Below are positions 39,239-52,712 of a stretch of 64,000 bases of DNA, piece after piece; position 1 is the stretch's first letter; every line of letters begins with the position of its first letter. The stretch is from Hormiphora californensis (taxonomy: Eukaryota; Animalia; Ctenophora), in contig CM035357.1 in the NCBI GenBank assembly GCA_020137815.1, forward strand, positions 8,216,345 through 8,280,344, written 5' to 3'. Made by a program: the position numbers and the translations under genes. Under the pieces are notes generated by a model that was given only the letters and a program-made list of their open reading frames with translations, ran no database searches and was not told the DNA's origin.

Positions 39239-40905
39239 GGGACGGTGGGGCAATGTGGTCACAGGACGGGGCAATGTGGACTAGTGATTTATATGAACTT
39301 TTAAATTGTGGTGTTTAGTGTGAAATAACGAAAAATGACGACTTTAAAGTTAAACTTTATTTCGGTAAACTTAATTATTGATAATTATTTAAATTAATGG
39401 TCAGAATTTCACAATATGATAATTTTCTATTCAGTTTCTTCATCAAAATGACATTAGCTTTCGATTTAATTAGCTAATTGCCATTTTAATGAAGCGGGGC
39501 AATTCGGACAATTTGGGGCAATTCGGACGAAAAAATCGGGGGCAATTCGGTCATAATCCAGATTGCCCCATGGGGCAATTTGGACTAGACCAAATTGCCC
39601 CATGGGGCAAATTGGTTAAAACAAATTGGCCTCATGGCGCCATTATACTCGTTTCTATGGTAACCATAGACAACCTGCTTTCATAATTATCCTATTCAAT
39701 CAATATAGATGGCTAAAACTGAGTAAATAGGCCAAAAAAATAGAAAAAAAGGCGCATTTTACACCCAATTCTCTGCTTGCCAAGGTGACAAGTCAATCCA
39801 TGGTGTGGTATTCGACAAACCAACTTAATGGGGTGCTCCAGAATATCTAGGACTGGTGCTTTGATAACCAAAAGTAGTGTTTTATCATGATAATCATCCT
39901 TATACAGCTGATAAAACTGAATAAAGGGATAAATTACAGGCTAACTTAGAGCAATAGGCATACATTTGATAACCAAAGCCACTGATTGGCTTGCCATGGC
40001 TGGTAACTGAGGGCAGTCTGATGTCTCATTGTGATTCACAATCATGTTTAATCAATCGATAGTCTAATAATACGGATGTATTGGGTGAATTTGGAGCAAG
40101 AAAATAGTACATTACTGCAAATTCGCCGGTTGCTATGGTAACAAACTCCGTTGCTATAGCAACCCCAGGGAATTGCATTGAGTGGGAATCAGCCACGAAC
40201 ATGATTTATTAGACTGGATCCCCATAATAGAAATTTCTGGCCTTGTAAGCACCTGAAAACACAGACACCATTCCTTTGAAAAACGTAGCTTTATTTGTGG
40301 CTTTTTGATCTTTGATGTCGATTTTCTCAAAAACCCTATTCGGGATTAGATTAAATCTTTTTCTAATCGACTAGGCTAATCCTGAGCTTTCGAAAATGCA
40401 CCCTGTTGATATAGATTTGATGAACACTTAATTTTTTGGTTAATTAGGCTAATTACTACCTAATTAACTAATTTTGAAAAAAGGAATAGCACGGGATACT
40501 AAGTTACTAGATGACTGAAAAGTTTGAAATCGATATCTCAAAAACTGTGGCTACAATCTAAGTTTGTCCAAATAGCCCCAACCTCGGTCTGATTTACATC
40601 GCAGATTTACAGCTGGGGCAATGTGGTGTGTCGCGGTCACGTGATTGAATGCGCGCATTGTGATTGGTGTAGAAGCCACTAGTCCAAATTGCCCCGTGTC
40701 TCGCGATCAAAAATATTCCGACTTACCTTCATTAACAAGGTTAATTAGCTATCTAAAAGTTATGTTTTCGATTCAAATTTGTTCTGAGGCTCAAGATAAA
40801 GGTTCAGTTGCACAAATTGAGTAGCTAACTAATTGATTAAGTAAATTAATGGCTCTTGAAATACCAATTGAATGCCAAAACCGTCCAAATTACCCCGGTC
40901 TACCC
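39239..40905. mobile_element. Non-autonomous DNA element with ggggcaa(t/a) subterminal repeats
   Basis: Left gggacggtggggcaatgtgg and right ccaaattaccccggtctaccc|ta are imperfect inverted ends related to the 21940 family. Confidence 0.7.
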
Positions 40906-43673
40906 TATAAAGCCTAACTGGCAGTTTTTGCAAAATTAAAATCGGCCAACCCAAACAGAAATGACAGCAGTTTTAAAGCGAAAATTCGGAACAGAACGAG
41001 CAGGTCTCCGCTGGAGAAAAAGTCACGTGACCACATGTAATAACTAAGGCCACTTTGCCCCATACATGGGCCACTTTACCCCGCGGGCCATTTCACCCCA
41101 GCTTACCCTATTGATAGTCATCTCTAATTTCAGAAATTGTAACAGGTGATTCCCTGGCTAACACTTTGTTGGCAATTTCTGATTTGCCGCATACGGCGTC
41201 TAGACGGCGTCGCAACGCCGTCTAGACGGCGTCTAGACGGTATACCGTCTGGACGGGTTTCGGTGAAATCAGCTAAAAACGGTACCGAAATTGCTTGAGA
41301 CGGGTTATAGACGGTATCAGACGGTCTCTAGACGGGTTATAGACGGTATCAGACGGTGTTGCGACGGTATCAGACGGTCTCTAGACGGTGTCTAGACGGT
41401 ACCGTCCCGGCGTCTGGACGGCGTCTGGACGGTGTCTAGACGGTATCCGTCCGAAATTGAGACGGCACGTCTGAAAATTGTATCAGACGTTGAGACGGAC
41501 TTTTAGAACTCCGTCTGTATTTCAGACGGAGTTTTAAAAGTACGTCTCAACGCAGTCTAAAGGAAAATCGATGAAAGTACCGTCTAGACAACGTCTCAAC
41601 TGAAACCGGTCAACATACCGTCTAAACAACGTCTTATAGACAACGTCTAAACAGAATCTCGCGATTCAGTTTCAAATACCGTCTAGACAACTTCTCCAGC
41701 AATTTCGATAAGAATACCGTCTAAACAACGTCTAGACAACGTCTCAAATAATGATGTCTAGACTCGACCGTTTTCGAAGACCATTCTGGATTACCCATGC
41801 CAGTTGGAATTAGTGGTAGATGTGTGCCTATTGAATGAAAATTACACATGTGTTTAACCAGCACAGTCGTACCGCGATGCTCGGGGACGGAAAAGGGGTT
41901 ATCCTCCCGGTAATTTTCGTACCCAACTTCAAATAAACACATGTGTAATTTTCATTCAATAGGCACACATCTACCACTAATTCCAACTGGCATGGGTAAT
42001 CCAGAATGGTCTTCGAAAACGGTCGAGTCTAGACATCATTATTTGAGACGTTGTCTAGACGTTGTTTAGACGGTATTCTTATCGAAATTGCTGGAGAAGT
42101 TGTCTAGACGGTATTTGAAACTGAATCGCGATATTCTGTTTAGACGTTGTCTAGACGTTGTTTAGACGGTATGTTGACCGGTTTCAGTTGAGACGTTGTC
42201 TAGACGGTACTTTCATCGATTTTCCTTTAGACTGCGTTGAGACGTACTTTTAAAACTCCGTCTGAAATACAGACGGAGTTCTAAAAGTCCGTCTCAACGT
42301 CTGATACAATTTTCAGACGTGCCGTCTCAATTTCGGACGGATACCGTCTAGACACCGTCCAGACGCCGTCCAGACGCCGGGACGGTACCGTCTAGACACC
42401 GTCTAGAGACCGTCTGATACCGTCGCAACACCGTCTGATACCGTCTATAACCCGTCTAGAGACCGTCTGATACCGTCTATAACCCGTCTCAAGCAATTTC
42501 GGTACCGTTTTTAGCTGATTTCACCGAAACCCGTCCAGACGGTATACCGTCTAGACGCCGTCTAGACGGCGTTGCGACGCCGTCTAGACGCCGTATGCGG
42601 CAAATCAGAAATTGCCCACTTTGTTTATCTGTGCAATCGCCTCAGGTATTAATTTTTCGTCAGTGGCAAATTTAACTGACTTAGTGTTTGAGCTTTCAGT
42701 TTGAGTTCCCATGGTTTTAGTTTTGGTAACTGGATGTCTGCTCAAATAATCTGCCATGCTCATATCAATAGAATTTCCAGCAATGTGTTGGATTTTGAAA
42801 TTATATTGTTCTAGTTCAGCTAGCTTTCGGTGTATGTAGCTACTTTCATTTTTGAAAATGGTACGGAGATTTAGTAGGGCTTAACAGTCAGTTAGAACTG
42901 TGAATTGTTTGTTGCCCATAAGGTACATGCGATAATGTTTAAGAGCATGACACAAAACAAGACATTCGAGTCGTGTTGCACCAAATTTTCTTTGGTGTGC
43001 AGGTACAGCTTTTGACCAGAACGAAATGGTTCTTCTCTCACCATTAATGTTTTGATTTAGTGTGGCCCCGTGGCCCATGTTACTGGAATCTATGCTTAGT
43101 TCATAGAATTGATCAGGGTGCCCGTTGTTCGGGATGACTAAGACAGGTGCCGAGCTCAAACTATGCTTTAACTTGTTGAATGCTCGTATAGCTTCATCAG
43201 ACCAGATGAATTTCTCTGTCTTTATAAGTAGATTATACAGAGGTGCAGCAATTTTGCTGTAGTGTTTGATAAAAGCTCGATTGTAGTTTATAGCTCCAAG
43301 GAATTTTTGTAGCTCTTTTACCGATTTTGATTGTGGTAGTTGCTGAATTGCTTCAACTCTATTTGGGTCAATTTGTAGCTCATTTTTGTCAATTATGTGT
43401 CCGAGAAATTTTACTTTGTTTCGGAACAGTTGGGTTTTGGAGGGACTGATTTTGAGTCCACCGAATGAATGTCTAGCTAGGACGAATTCCAGCCGTCTTA
43501 GGTGTTCTTCTATGGTGTTGCTGCCAATTAACACATCATCTAGAAAGCAGATGAGTGCTTCAAAGGGTACTCTTTGGAACAATTGTGCCATGTGTGGGGT
43601 ATGTAAGAGATCCCTTTATTTTGTCCGATCGGGTCAGATGGGTTATGCAATGTGTGGGACAGGCGCAGTGGGA
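40906..43673 (-). mobile_element. Direct duplicate of 37635-39242 (MITE right arm plus Gypsy RNase H/RT), interrupted by a foldback
   Basis: ORF 42881-43591 is nearly identical to 38723-39160, and the flanking sequence is shared on both sides. Confidence 0.92.
41171..42616. mobile_element. Mutator-like foldback element, ~685-bp near-perfect arms
   Basis: GGCAATTTC...GAAATTGCC with 9-bp TSD CACTTTGTT. The empty site is seen in the duplicate near 38180. tctagacg subrepeats. Confidence 0.95.
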
Positions 43674-43850
43674 GCTTGTCTCATGTCATTGCTTGGCTAA
43701 GCTATGTGTCAGCACGTTTATCGGGAGTTACCCTGTGACACGCTTGTCGGCACTTAGACCGGCCTAAACTGTAGCACTGAGCGGCCTGGGAAACGCAGAG
43801 AGAGAGAGATGAGTTAGTAGAATGATATTGAGAGAGATGAGTTAGTAGAA

Positions 43851-44155
43851 TCTCTATTATAATTTGGAGATGAACGTCGAAGTCGTTCGTTAGGCGGTAT
43901 CTAAGCGACAGTGCTCCTTCATAAAATACTTTATGTGACCAAAGCTGTAAAGCTGTCATTCACACTTTTGGAACTTCCAGTGGAAGTTAATTTATATTTT
44001 CGAATGACTTTTAACATGCCAGTCACCATGTTTACCAAGTCAGTTGCCATGGCAACCGTGTTATTGTCGTTGAAAGTGGCGAAATGAGCCACACAGCGAA
44101 GCCGGGTGGGTTATCAAAAAGCCCTTACTTGAGGCACACCCAATGGGTGCGCTAG
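43851..44155 (+). mobile_element. Non-autonomous Helitron (same family as 11276-11587)
   Basis: A|TCTCTATTATAA...cacccaatgggtg hairpin..CTAG|T. Confidence 0.85.
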
Positions 44156-44249
44156 TGATATTGAAACATGGGAAAAGTTATTCGAAAAGAGGTGTGACAG
44201 TGGATTAGAGAGAAAAAGGGAGATTGAGAGAATGTGAGTCAGAAGTCTT

Positions 44250-44560
44250 TCCGTCCCAATTTCTTCTGTTCGTTTTCGTCCTTCTCTTATGTTTTTGTAA
44301 AAATCGTCTTTTTAATTCTTCCCCGTACCTTCTACAAACTACAAACTCATTCTTCTCAAGAGTCCTGTGTATGCGTGCGCCACCTTTGTCAACCTACCCC
44401 GGATTCTCTGTTCTCAAAATTGTCTGGGGTTTTCATACCCATTAGCTAAAAGAAGTCTGTCAGTAATGGCTAAGGACTGTTCCAATAATTCCGGGTTAGA
44501 TGATGAGATCTCTGCGTTGCGTACTATCTGCACTTACGAGATATTTAATTTAAAAATTTA
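44250..44560 (-). mobile_element. Possible decayed Penelope-like fragment
   Basis: Own translation VRNAEISSSNPELLEQSLAITDRLLLANGY resembles the post-RT ..CS...L..EL......L.NG(Y/F) segment in the 54544 ORF. Confidence 0.35.
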
Positions 44561-44896
44561 ATTTAACATTTAGTTGCTGTTGTTCTGAGGTTAAATAGAG
44601 CCTCTCGCCAGCCCCACCGCTCTTGGTCTGAGGGTGTCAGTTGACACTCCTTGCATCCTCCACTGAAATTGTCCGGCCAGGGGCCGTGACAGAGTTTTGG
44701 AGCTTGGAAAATCCCAGATCAGAAGCAGTCCCTTTGGTTGAGGAGAATTCGTTAAGCTCCCAGTCTAGACCAGGAGAAGCGGACGACTCCCAGTCAAGAC
44801 TGGGAGCCGTAAGCCGCTGCGCCACGTCAAGGCTTCTCCTCATGCGAGCGGGTTGTTGTTGTTGTTTAGTTGGTTCGTGTGTTTGTGTGCGTAGTA

Positions 44897-45774
44897 CCGT
44901 GTGCGGCAAAAAAAAGCCCCCCCCCCCCTAGACCACCATAGTTGCCGATGTGGTGGAGAGCTGTAACTTGGCAGGGTTGCTCCACTATGTCTATCTTGAT
45001 CCTGACAGAAAAATCAGAGCTCTAGCTCAAAATTCATTTTTTTGATAGGAATGAACATTGTCATTCATTCCAAGAAAAAAATATTTTCGGTCCAGAATTC
45101 AAGCAATTATCTTTGGCCATCGATTAGCTTTCCAATGTGACCAAGATCATCTAAATTGGGCAACCACAAGAGACACAGTGTCATCTTTCTTAAATTTAAT
45201 CAGGTCATGTGATCTTCACCGAATCGTTGAGTGTTCAGTATTACGAATCGGTCTAAGTGGTAGAGAATCACGTATCACGGCTACTAATGAGGGATGACGA
45301 TGCTGATTGGTCATGAGATCTGTAGCTCTTTGATAAATGTCCTCTTTCCTCGAATCACATTACCCTGTATTGGTACACATACCTCATTAGCGGCCGTGAT
45401 ACGAGATTCCTCTGCCATTGGCTCGATTAGCAATCCCGGATAATCAACGATTCGGTGAAGATCACATGACCTGACTAACTTTAAGAAACATGACACTGTG
45501 TCTCTTGTGGTTGCCCAATTTAGATGATCTTGGTCACATTGGAAAGCTAATCGATGGCCAAAGATAATTGCTTGAATTCTGGACCGAAAATATTTTTTTC
45601 TTGGAATGAATGACAATGTTCATTCCTATCAAAAAAATGAATTTTGAGCTAGAGCTCTGATTTTTCTGTCAGGATCAAGATAGACATAGTGGAGCAACCC
45701 TGCCAAGTTACAGCTCTCCACCACATCGGCAACTATGGTGGTCTAGGGGGGGGGCTTTTTTTTGCCGCACACGG
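44897..45774. mobile_element. Foldback MITE, TA TSD
   Basis: TA|CCGTGTGCGGC...GCCGCACACGG|TA. Mirror ORFs at 45058 (+) and 45311 (-). Confidence 0.92.
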
Positions 45775-45794
45775 TAGTTTGTATTAGTTTGTGA

Positions 45795-48105
45795 CTAGAG
45801 AGCCCAGGCATAAGAACAAAAAACTCTCACACCCTTCTAACTCCTCTCAATCCCGATCCCTGGCTCATGCCTACTTTGCTCCCTACGGCGCCGCTTCGCG
45901 GCACTTCCGGTCGCGAGATCATACTCCACCCCCCTTCCCCCTGTTGACTCCCCTCAGTCCTCACCCCTCTTATCCCTATTGACTCCCCTCGGCCCCTATT
46001 GAATCATATCGTCCCCTATTCACTCCATCTCACCCTCTATTCACTCCCTTATAATGCCATATTGAATACTCCCCTCACCCCTCTCTCAATCTGTGATCTG
46101 AAGCAGTTCAGAACCCCAAATTTTCCCTCATTTTTCACCATTTTCGCCATAACTCCGTCATTTCGCAACCAATTTCAAAATACCAAGGCTCATTAGAAAG
46201 ATAATCTCATACTCTTTCAAATCAGCTATTATCCCCCAAATTTATAAAACCTTTACACCCGCACGTGCACTCCCCAAACCAGGAAGCGACCGAATATTCG
46301 GTTCGGTTCGGTTCGGTTCGGAAATTCGGTGTTTTTTGGGCGGTTCGGTTCGGTTCGGTTCGGTAGGAAATTTTGGCCGAACCACCGAATTTTTTGGTCA
46401 AAAAATGCCCAGAAATCGGGCTTTTTCATGCAAAATTTTTCAATTATTTCACGAAAATTGTATGGATTTCAATGTCAATTTCGCCGTATTAACCCTATTT
46501 CGAATCGGTGGTGCTATGTGGAAATGATTTCGCTAGTTAGCGGGTTCGATATGGATTGATTTGATACCTGACTTCCCGTCGAATCGTGTCCTCATGAGAG
46601 GGTCATTGGGTCAACAAATTCAGAAACTTTTTTTTTCAAAAAAATTCATGGAGAGCACCGATCAAGGTGTTGAGAATCATTCTCTGAAATTTTGTAAAAA
46701 AAGTCAATTTTATGGAAACTTTTCTATGTCAATTTTTGCGTACGAATCGTGTTTCGAATCGGTATTGCTAAGCGGGAGTGATGTTGATAATTAGTGGGTC
46801 CGAGATGGATTATGCTGATACGTGATCCCCCATCAAATCTAATTAGGAAGTTTAGGGGAAACGATTCATGTTTCAATAAATCCTGTTAATTAGCGAGAGC
46901 ACTGCCGCATAGCATCACCGATTCGCAACACGATTCGTACGGCAAAATTGACATAGGCAAATCGAAGAGGGCAGGGAAACGTAGCATTATGGATACATAA
47001 TGCAAATAATTCTTGTTTTTCCGAAATTGACTTTGAAATATTTTACAAAGTTTTTTCACAAAATTAAATGTTTCTCTAAAAATTCATGGAGAGCATCGAT
47101 CAAGGTATTGAGAATCATTACCTGAAATTTTGTGAAATTTTTTTTGTGAAAAAATATTTTAAGTAAATTATGGTATACGAATCGTGTTTCTAATCGACAA
47201 TGCTAAACGGGAGTGATGTTGGTAATTAGTGGGTCCGAGATGGATTGTGCTGATACGTGATCCCCCATCAAATCTAATAAGGAAATTTAGAGGGACACGA
47301 TTCATGGTTCGTTTAATCCTGCTAATTAGCAATACCATTCCCGTAATCCGTATAGCATTGCCGATTCGAAACACGATTCGTACGCAAAAATTGACATAGA
47401 AAATTTACGATAAAATTGACTTTGAAAATTTTTTCACAAAATTGACTTTGAAATTTTTTCAAACATTTTTTAACAAAATTTCAGAGAATGATTCTCAATA
47501 CTTTGATCGGTGCTCTCCATGACTTTTTAGAGAAACATTTATACAGAAAAAGTTTTGTATGGTTCGGTTCGGTTACCGAAATTCGGTTCGGTTCGGTTCG
47601 GTAAAAAAGTTTTTCAAATTCGGTTCGGTTCGGTTCGGTTCGGTGGAAAAAAAACCGGTTCGGTCGTTTCCTGCCCCAAACCCCACCAAACACCCCTAAC
47701 AACACGTCAATTTTCCACGTGCAACCCCTAAAAACCCCCCGAAAACAAATTGTCTTGCAACCATCTCTGCTTTATAATATAGACTAGAAAACCCGTTGAA
47801 GTAGAGCACCCGTTGACCCGAATCCCCACCCCCTCACCCAGAATCACCCCTCTCACCCGCTGCACCAACCCGCACGTGCAGCCATCAATCACTCGCTGCT
47901 TAGGGGCTATGGCACCTCCTTGGCAACCCCCCACTAGTGGGAGACACTAGCGTGGTACGCGCAAAAAAATATGCGCCACACACCTGTTATTTTAGGTATG
48001 TGGTGCGCATTATTTTGCGCGTACCACGCTAGTGTCTCCCACTACACTATTTGCACGTGATGATAGGTCATCATCACGACGTTCATTTGTACTTTATAAT
48101 AAGGA
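45795..48105 (-). mobile_element. Two tandem Helitron-like elements (45795-47783, 47784-48105)
   Basis: Same families and same CTAG|TC junction (tataatatagactag on +) as 8180-11587. A small tagtgggagacactagcgtgg hairpin element is inserted near 47935-48044. Confidence 0.7.
46280..47673. mobile_element. hAT-type non-autonomous element with (GGTTC)n subterminal repeats
   Basis: CAGGAAGCGACCGAA...TTCGGTCGTTTCCTG with 8-bp TSD CCCCAAAC. Confidence 0.9.
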
Positions 48106-48304
48106 TAGTCCATGTGTATCACCTCATGCACGCCCTTTTTGTTTATCACTTCATCTCACTTGCTGTATTGTAACGGTAACTTCAGTTTACTCTGTACTGA
48201 TCATATGAGACTTGCTCCAGCTCTTTACAGTGTTTAGTTTATTAATTATTATTAAAGTGTTGATTGACGTGTGAGATTTATATGTATATTTATAATTAAC
48301 ACTA

Positions 48305-48880
48305 TATTTTTTCCCTGCCCGGATGATTTTTTAGCACGCACGTGCTAAAAAGATCATTCAGGGTTTAGAAATCAGCAGATCGTAGGGGTTAACTAAATGT
48401 CCGTCCGTCACGAACAACGCCTAACAACAAGTCTGCTCCTTCATAAAACTTTCATCTCACGCTTCGTTGATTCAACAAAGGAAATGATTAACACACATTG
48501 TGGCGCGCAATTACTCGCTGATAGCACTTCCCACTATCACCTGAAATCACTTAGGGCGCCCTCCAACCATGAAGTGGTAGAACGTCTTCCAAGCATGAAA
48601 TTACTGTCACATTAGTGACTCGAGTTGAGATGCGGTTAAAGTTAAAGCACTAATTGGTAACCATCTGGGGTCTCCTAAGCAACTGCCTTGGTTACCATAA
48701 TTTAAATTATTATTTAATTAACAACTGTCTTGGTTACCATAGCAACTGCTTTGGTTACCATAGAAACTGCGTTGGTTACCATAGCAACTAACCTAGTTAC
48801 CTTAGTAACCAACATCGCTTCAGCCAAAAAATGTTCTTTGAGCACAAAATTCATCAGGATCAGGAAATCTAGTTTTGAAG
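48305..48880 (+). mobile_element. Helentron-associated (DINE-1/HINE-like) non-autonomous element
   Basis: T-run start, hairpin tttttagcacg..cgtgctaaaaa, tgtccgtccgtc microsatellite, internal ttggttaccatagcaac repeats, and an imperfect inverted subterminal tcatcaggatcaggaa. Confidence 0.55.
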
Positions 48881-49879
48881 CTTATTCATAAATTTTGAAT
48901 CCATTTGTGGCAGGGAAACACCGCATTATGAACACATAATGGAATAATTCTTGTTGTAGCCTGATGAAGAGGTAGATCCTCGAAACTTGTTGCGACAATA
49001 TACCCATCTGGTTCATTTGTTCAGCCCAGAGAGAATAATAAAAACTGACGGCCCTTGTTTCAAGTTCATGAGCTGTTGTTTCATGAATGTTTGGTTGTAT
49101 CCCATGAGTTCTTTTTTCATAATGGAGCACATTTGCTCAACGTCACATGTTTGTTCATGTGTTAGATTAAGAACAGTTTCTTTCAGTGTTTTTGCACCTC
49201 CCATCATTCCGCCCACTGTGCTGCCCCTTCATAGGTCGACAGCCGACCTCTATTATAATCACTCCACGCCACTATCCCCCACACAAAGGGACAGTGTTGG
49301 TGTTCTCCGGTTTAGTCCTGGTGTTCTGCAGAGCAAGCTCCACATTTCCCTCGAACTGTACCGGCACCACAAGAAGAGTTTTGATACACGGCTTAATAGA
49401 GACCAGACATGTCTTGTATGTTAGGACAATGGGTGAAATTTACCTGCCACACTGGCTAGTCTTCAGTTACTACTGCTGCAAGGAGCTGTAGAAGTAGGTG
49501 GGTTTCCGAATTTGTCACTAACGATAACTCACAGCCCGTTAAGCCTGTGTCGGTTGACAAATCTTATCACACTCTAGGCCTTGGGTCGATACCGCTAGTA
49601 CACAGATCTGCATACAGCCAGGAGGTCCGGAAGGTCTAATTTCTTAGACTTATGTTGCACGGTTAAGCGTCTACACTTAAAGTAACACTGTGAGGCATTG
49701 CGCAAGTATCAGCCTCCAGTGGTGTGCACTTTGCGGATTAAATACTTGCCTAAGGAGGCGGGGTGGCCGAGTGGGCCCAGACCTGCCCCATTACTCGCGG
49801 GTCCTAAGGTAGATGTGCATGTGTGTAGTCCCTCCTAGGTAGCAGTCTCGACTCTGTTACCTGTTCCAGGTCAGGATAG

Positions 49880-50190
49880 TTAGGGGTGGTTGCATCTGGT
49901 TGCAAGGTTGGTGAGTTTTCTAAGGTCGAGTGTTTGGTCGGGAGTGAGAATATTCTCGGCAATGTTCCGGTACCTCAGTGTTAGGTATGTGTCGTCGTCA
50001 ACTCAGTGTAGAAAGAGAGTACCAAGGTGTTGTTTATGGTTGTTCATTTTTGTGTGATCGATAAATCTTTCACAGAAGACGTTAAAACTCTCACCAACTT
50101 TAAATTTGGGTGGCTTAGTTAACTGTGATGCATTTCCGTTGTTATGCTGGTGTGTTGAAGGGACACTCATGCCTTCTTCTGTCATTTTTA
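49880..50190 (-). mobile_element. Possible decayed LTR-retrotransposon gag fragment
   Basis: KPPKFKVGESFNVFCERF resembles Gypsy gag N-termini; in-frame stop present. Confidence 0.4.
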
Positions 50191-50439
50191 TGGAAATTTG
50201 ATCTATAGCTATCTCTTGTTTTCGTTAGTCCATTTTTGGATGGAGTCCTTTCTTTATTTTATCACCCATTGTTGATGTTCGTTATTTTGTTTCAAAGTCA
50301 CCCAGCCTCCAGCAGTATGTGTCCATTCTATGTAAATGCTAAAGGAAGACTCATGGAGAGTACCAGTGGAGTAACGAAGCAGGAAAAAAACATGTACCTG
50401 ACGAGGGCATGGGAGGATCTGAGAGGAAAACGTCTTGGA

Positions 50440-51813
50440 GGATTGGCACACTAAACGTCCACTCCATCATGAACAAGACGTCAGGTGTAATTACACACTT
50501 GACTTACTTGACTTGACTTAAGGCGGCCGGAGAGGCCGAGTGTTGATGAACGATCTCCACATATCCCGGTTTGACATAAACTCCAGTGCCTCCTCTCGGT
50601 TATCACACACCCCTTCCAGATCTTGAAGTTGCACACTTGGAGGAAAAAGGATGCGACATCTGCTTATCTGAAACAGAGTGACACAGCTAAACTTCAGGAG
50701 ATCAGAGACTATGGTTGGTTATATCTTCTCTTCGCCTAGAGCGGAACGTTCAGGAGGTGGAATTGGAATCTTGCACAGGGATGGTGTCAAGTTGAAATAC
50801 GCTCCGGTAAGGTCAAGTTTAAATCGTTTCAAGTCCAGGAAGCCCTTATTGGAGGAGGAAAAGATGTAACGAGGCTGTGCAATATCTATAGACCTCCGTA
50901 TACTGGCAAGGCACGGTTTACGGAAGCCCAGTTCTTGGATGAGTTTACTGATTATTTGTCAGAGTTGGTCTGCAAAACGGGGAACCCTATCCTGATTCAA
51001 GATACTCAGAACTTCTATGCGAAGAAGTTGCTTGGACTACTTGACTCTCTTGGATTTGATCAGCGGGTCCCACTACAACCTACTCATGTTCGTGGTGGTA
51101 CTTTGGATCTGCTTCTCTGCCAAAAAGACAGATATTCTAAGGTTCAATCAGTTGAAGTATGTATTTTCTGACGGAACAACCTCTGATCATTTTCTTGTAT
51201 TGGCGGAGCTGTGTATTGAAACTGTTGCAAGTGAATACAAGACTCGTGAAAAAGTGGACATGTACAGAGATTTCAAGGCTGTGGATATTGAAATACTTCG
51301 GTGTGCTTTTCGATGTGTGGATTGGAGCGGGGCGATGGAATCTGGGTCGGCAGAGGAGGTGTTAGGTATTTATATGAGGAAACTTGAGGAACTTGTGGAT
51401 AGGACTGTACCGTTGAAGAAGAGAAAGAAGAGAGGAGCTAAGCTGAGGCCGTGGAGGGATAATCCAGAAGTGCGTGAAGTTCTTCGTCAGCGGCGGAAAG
51501 CTGAGCGAGCCTGGGAAGACAACAAAACCAGTGTCACGAAGAAGCAGTTCAATGAACTCAAGAGGCAGTTTGGGCGTGTTGACAAGGAAGCGATGACGAA
51601 TTATGTCAAGGAAGACCTGGAGGAGTCCAGAGATGACCCTAAAGCCCTTCAAAGGAAACTGAACCGTCTACTTGATAATACTGAAACCTTTATGCCTGAA
51701 ACCACAGATAAGCAGAGGTTAGTGGATGACTTTGCGGACTTCTTTGTTGGAAAAGTTTATAAGATCCGGTCTACTTTTATTGGAGAGAAGAATCTGAGGA
51801 CTAAGAGGAACCC
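50440..51813 (+). mobile_element. Decayed L2/CR1-group LINE ORF2: APE endonuclease and linker
   Basis: LNVHSIMNK, GGGIGI, IYRPP, TH..GGTLDL and SDHF motifs across frameshifts. Confidence 0.88.
50502..50631 (-). mobile_element. 130-bp 3' end of an RTE-like LINE
   Basis: 8-bp TSD CACACTTG; ...MSNRDMWRSFINTRPLRPP* followed by a (GTCAA)n tail. Confidence 0.75.
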
Positions 51814-52712
51814 GGCAGGTCGGTAGAACTTCGACAGAATTTAGGGTAGGTCAATTAAGGGTAGGTCTGAATTTAGGGTAGGTCTGAATTTAGGGTAGGT
51901 CTGAATTTAGGGTAGGTCTGAATTTAGGGTAGGTCTGAATTTAGGGTAGGTCCGTAACGTATCATTTATCAAAGCATTGCAATTCGAGATTAGGTTCTCT
52001 GGTTCTGATTAGGTCGCTGAACCGCGTCCCGTATCTCGTATCAACTCATTGCAATTCCATCTTAGTCACCGAGACTAAGTACTACGTAAAGTAGGTGAAC
52101 TGAGTTAGGTCGGTAGACTGTGTTCCGTATCGCATCAAATGAAATTAGGACTGTTTGACTGTTCACTTATTAGTTTATGCACGTAGACTTTAAGAGTTCC
52201 ATCCTGAGTTGAAACCTGTTTAAGAAATAAATACAATTCGTGGTTTCTAACCTCGAATTGTAATGAGTTGATACGAGATACGGGACGTGGTTCAGCGACC
52301 TAATCTGTGTCTAACCTCGAATTTCAATGAGTTGATACGAGATACGGGACGCGGTTCAGCGACCTAATCGGTGACTAAGATCGAATTGCAATGAGTTGAT
52401 ACGAGATACGGGACGTGGTTCAGGGACCTAATTTGTGTCTAACTTCGAATTTCAATGAGTTGATACGAGATCGGTGACTAAGATCGAATTGCAATGAGTT
52501 GATACGAGATACGGGACGCGGTTCAGCGACCTAATCAGAACCAGAGAACCTAATCTCGAATTGCAATGCTTTGATAAACGATACGTTACGGACCTACCCT
52601 AAATTCAGACCTACCCTAAATTCAGACCTACCCTAAATTCAGACCTACCCTAAATTCAGACCTACCCTAAATTGACCTACCCTAAATTATGTCGAAGTTC
52701 TACCGACCTGCC
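51814..52712. mobile_element. GGCAGGTCGG foldback, second subfamily (tagggtagg subrepeats, different interior)
   Basis: Termini identical to 31738. About five internal direct repeats of aatgagttgatacgagata. No TSD. Confidence 0.88.

Noticed and set aside
49750-49810. tRNA or SINE head (gcggggtggccgagtgg)
   Set aside because: A-box-like only; no B box at the proper distance.
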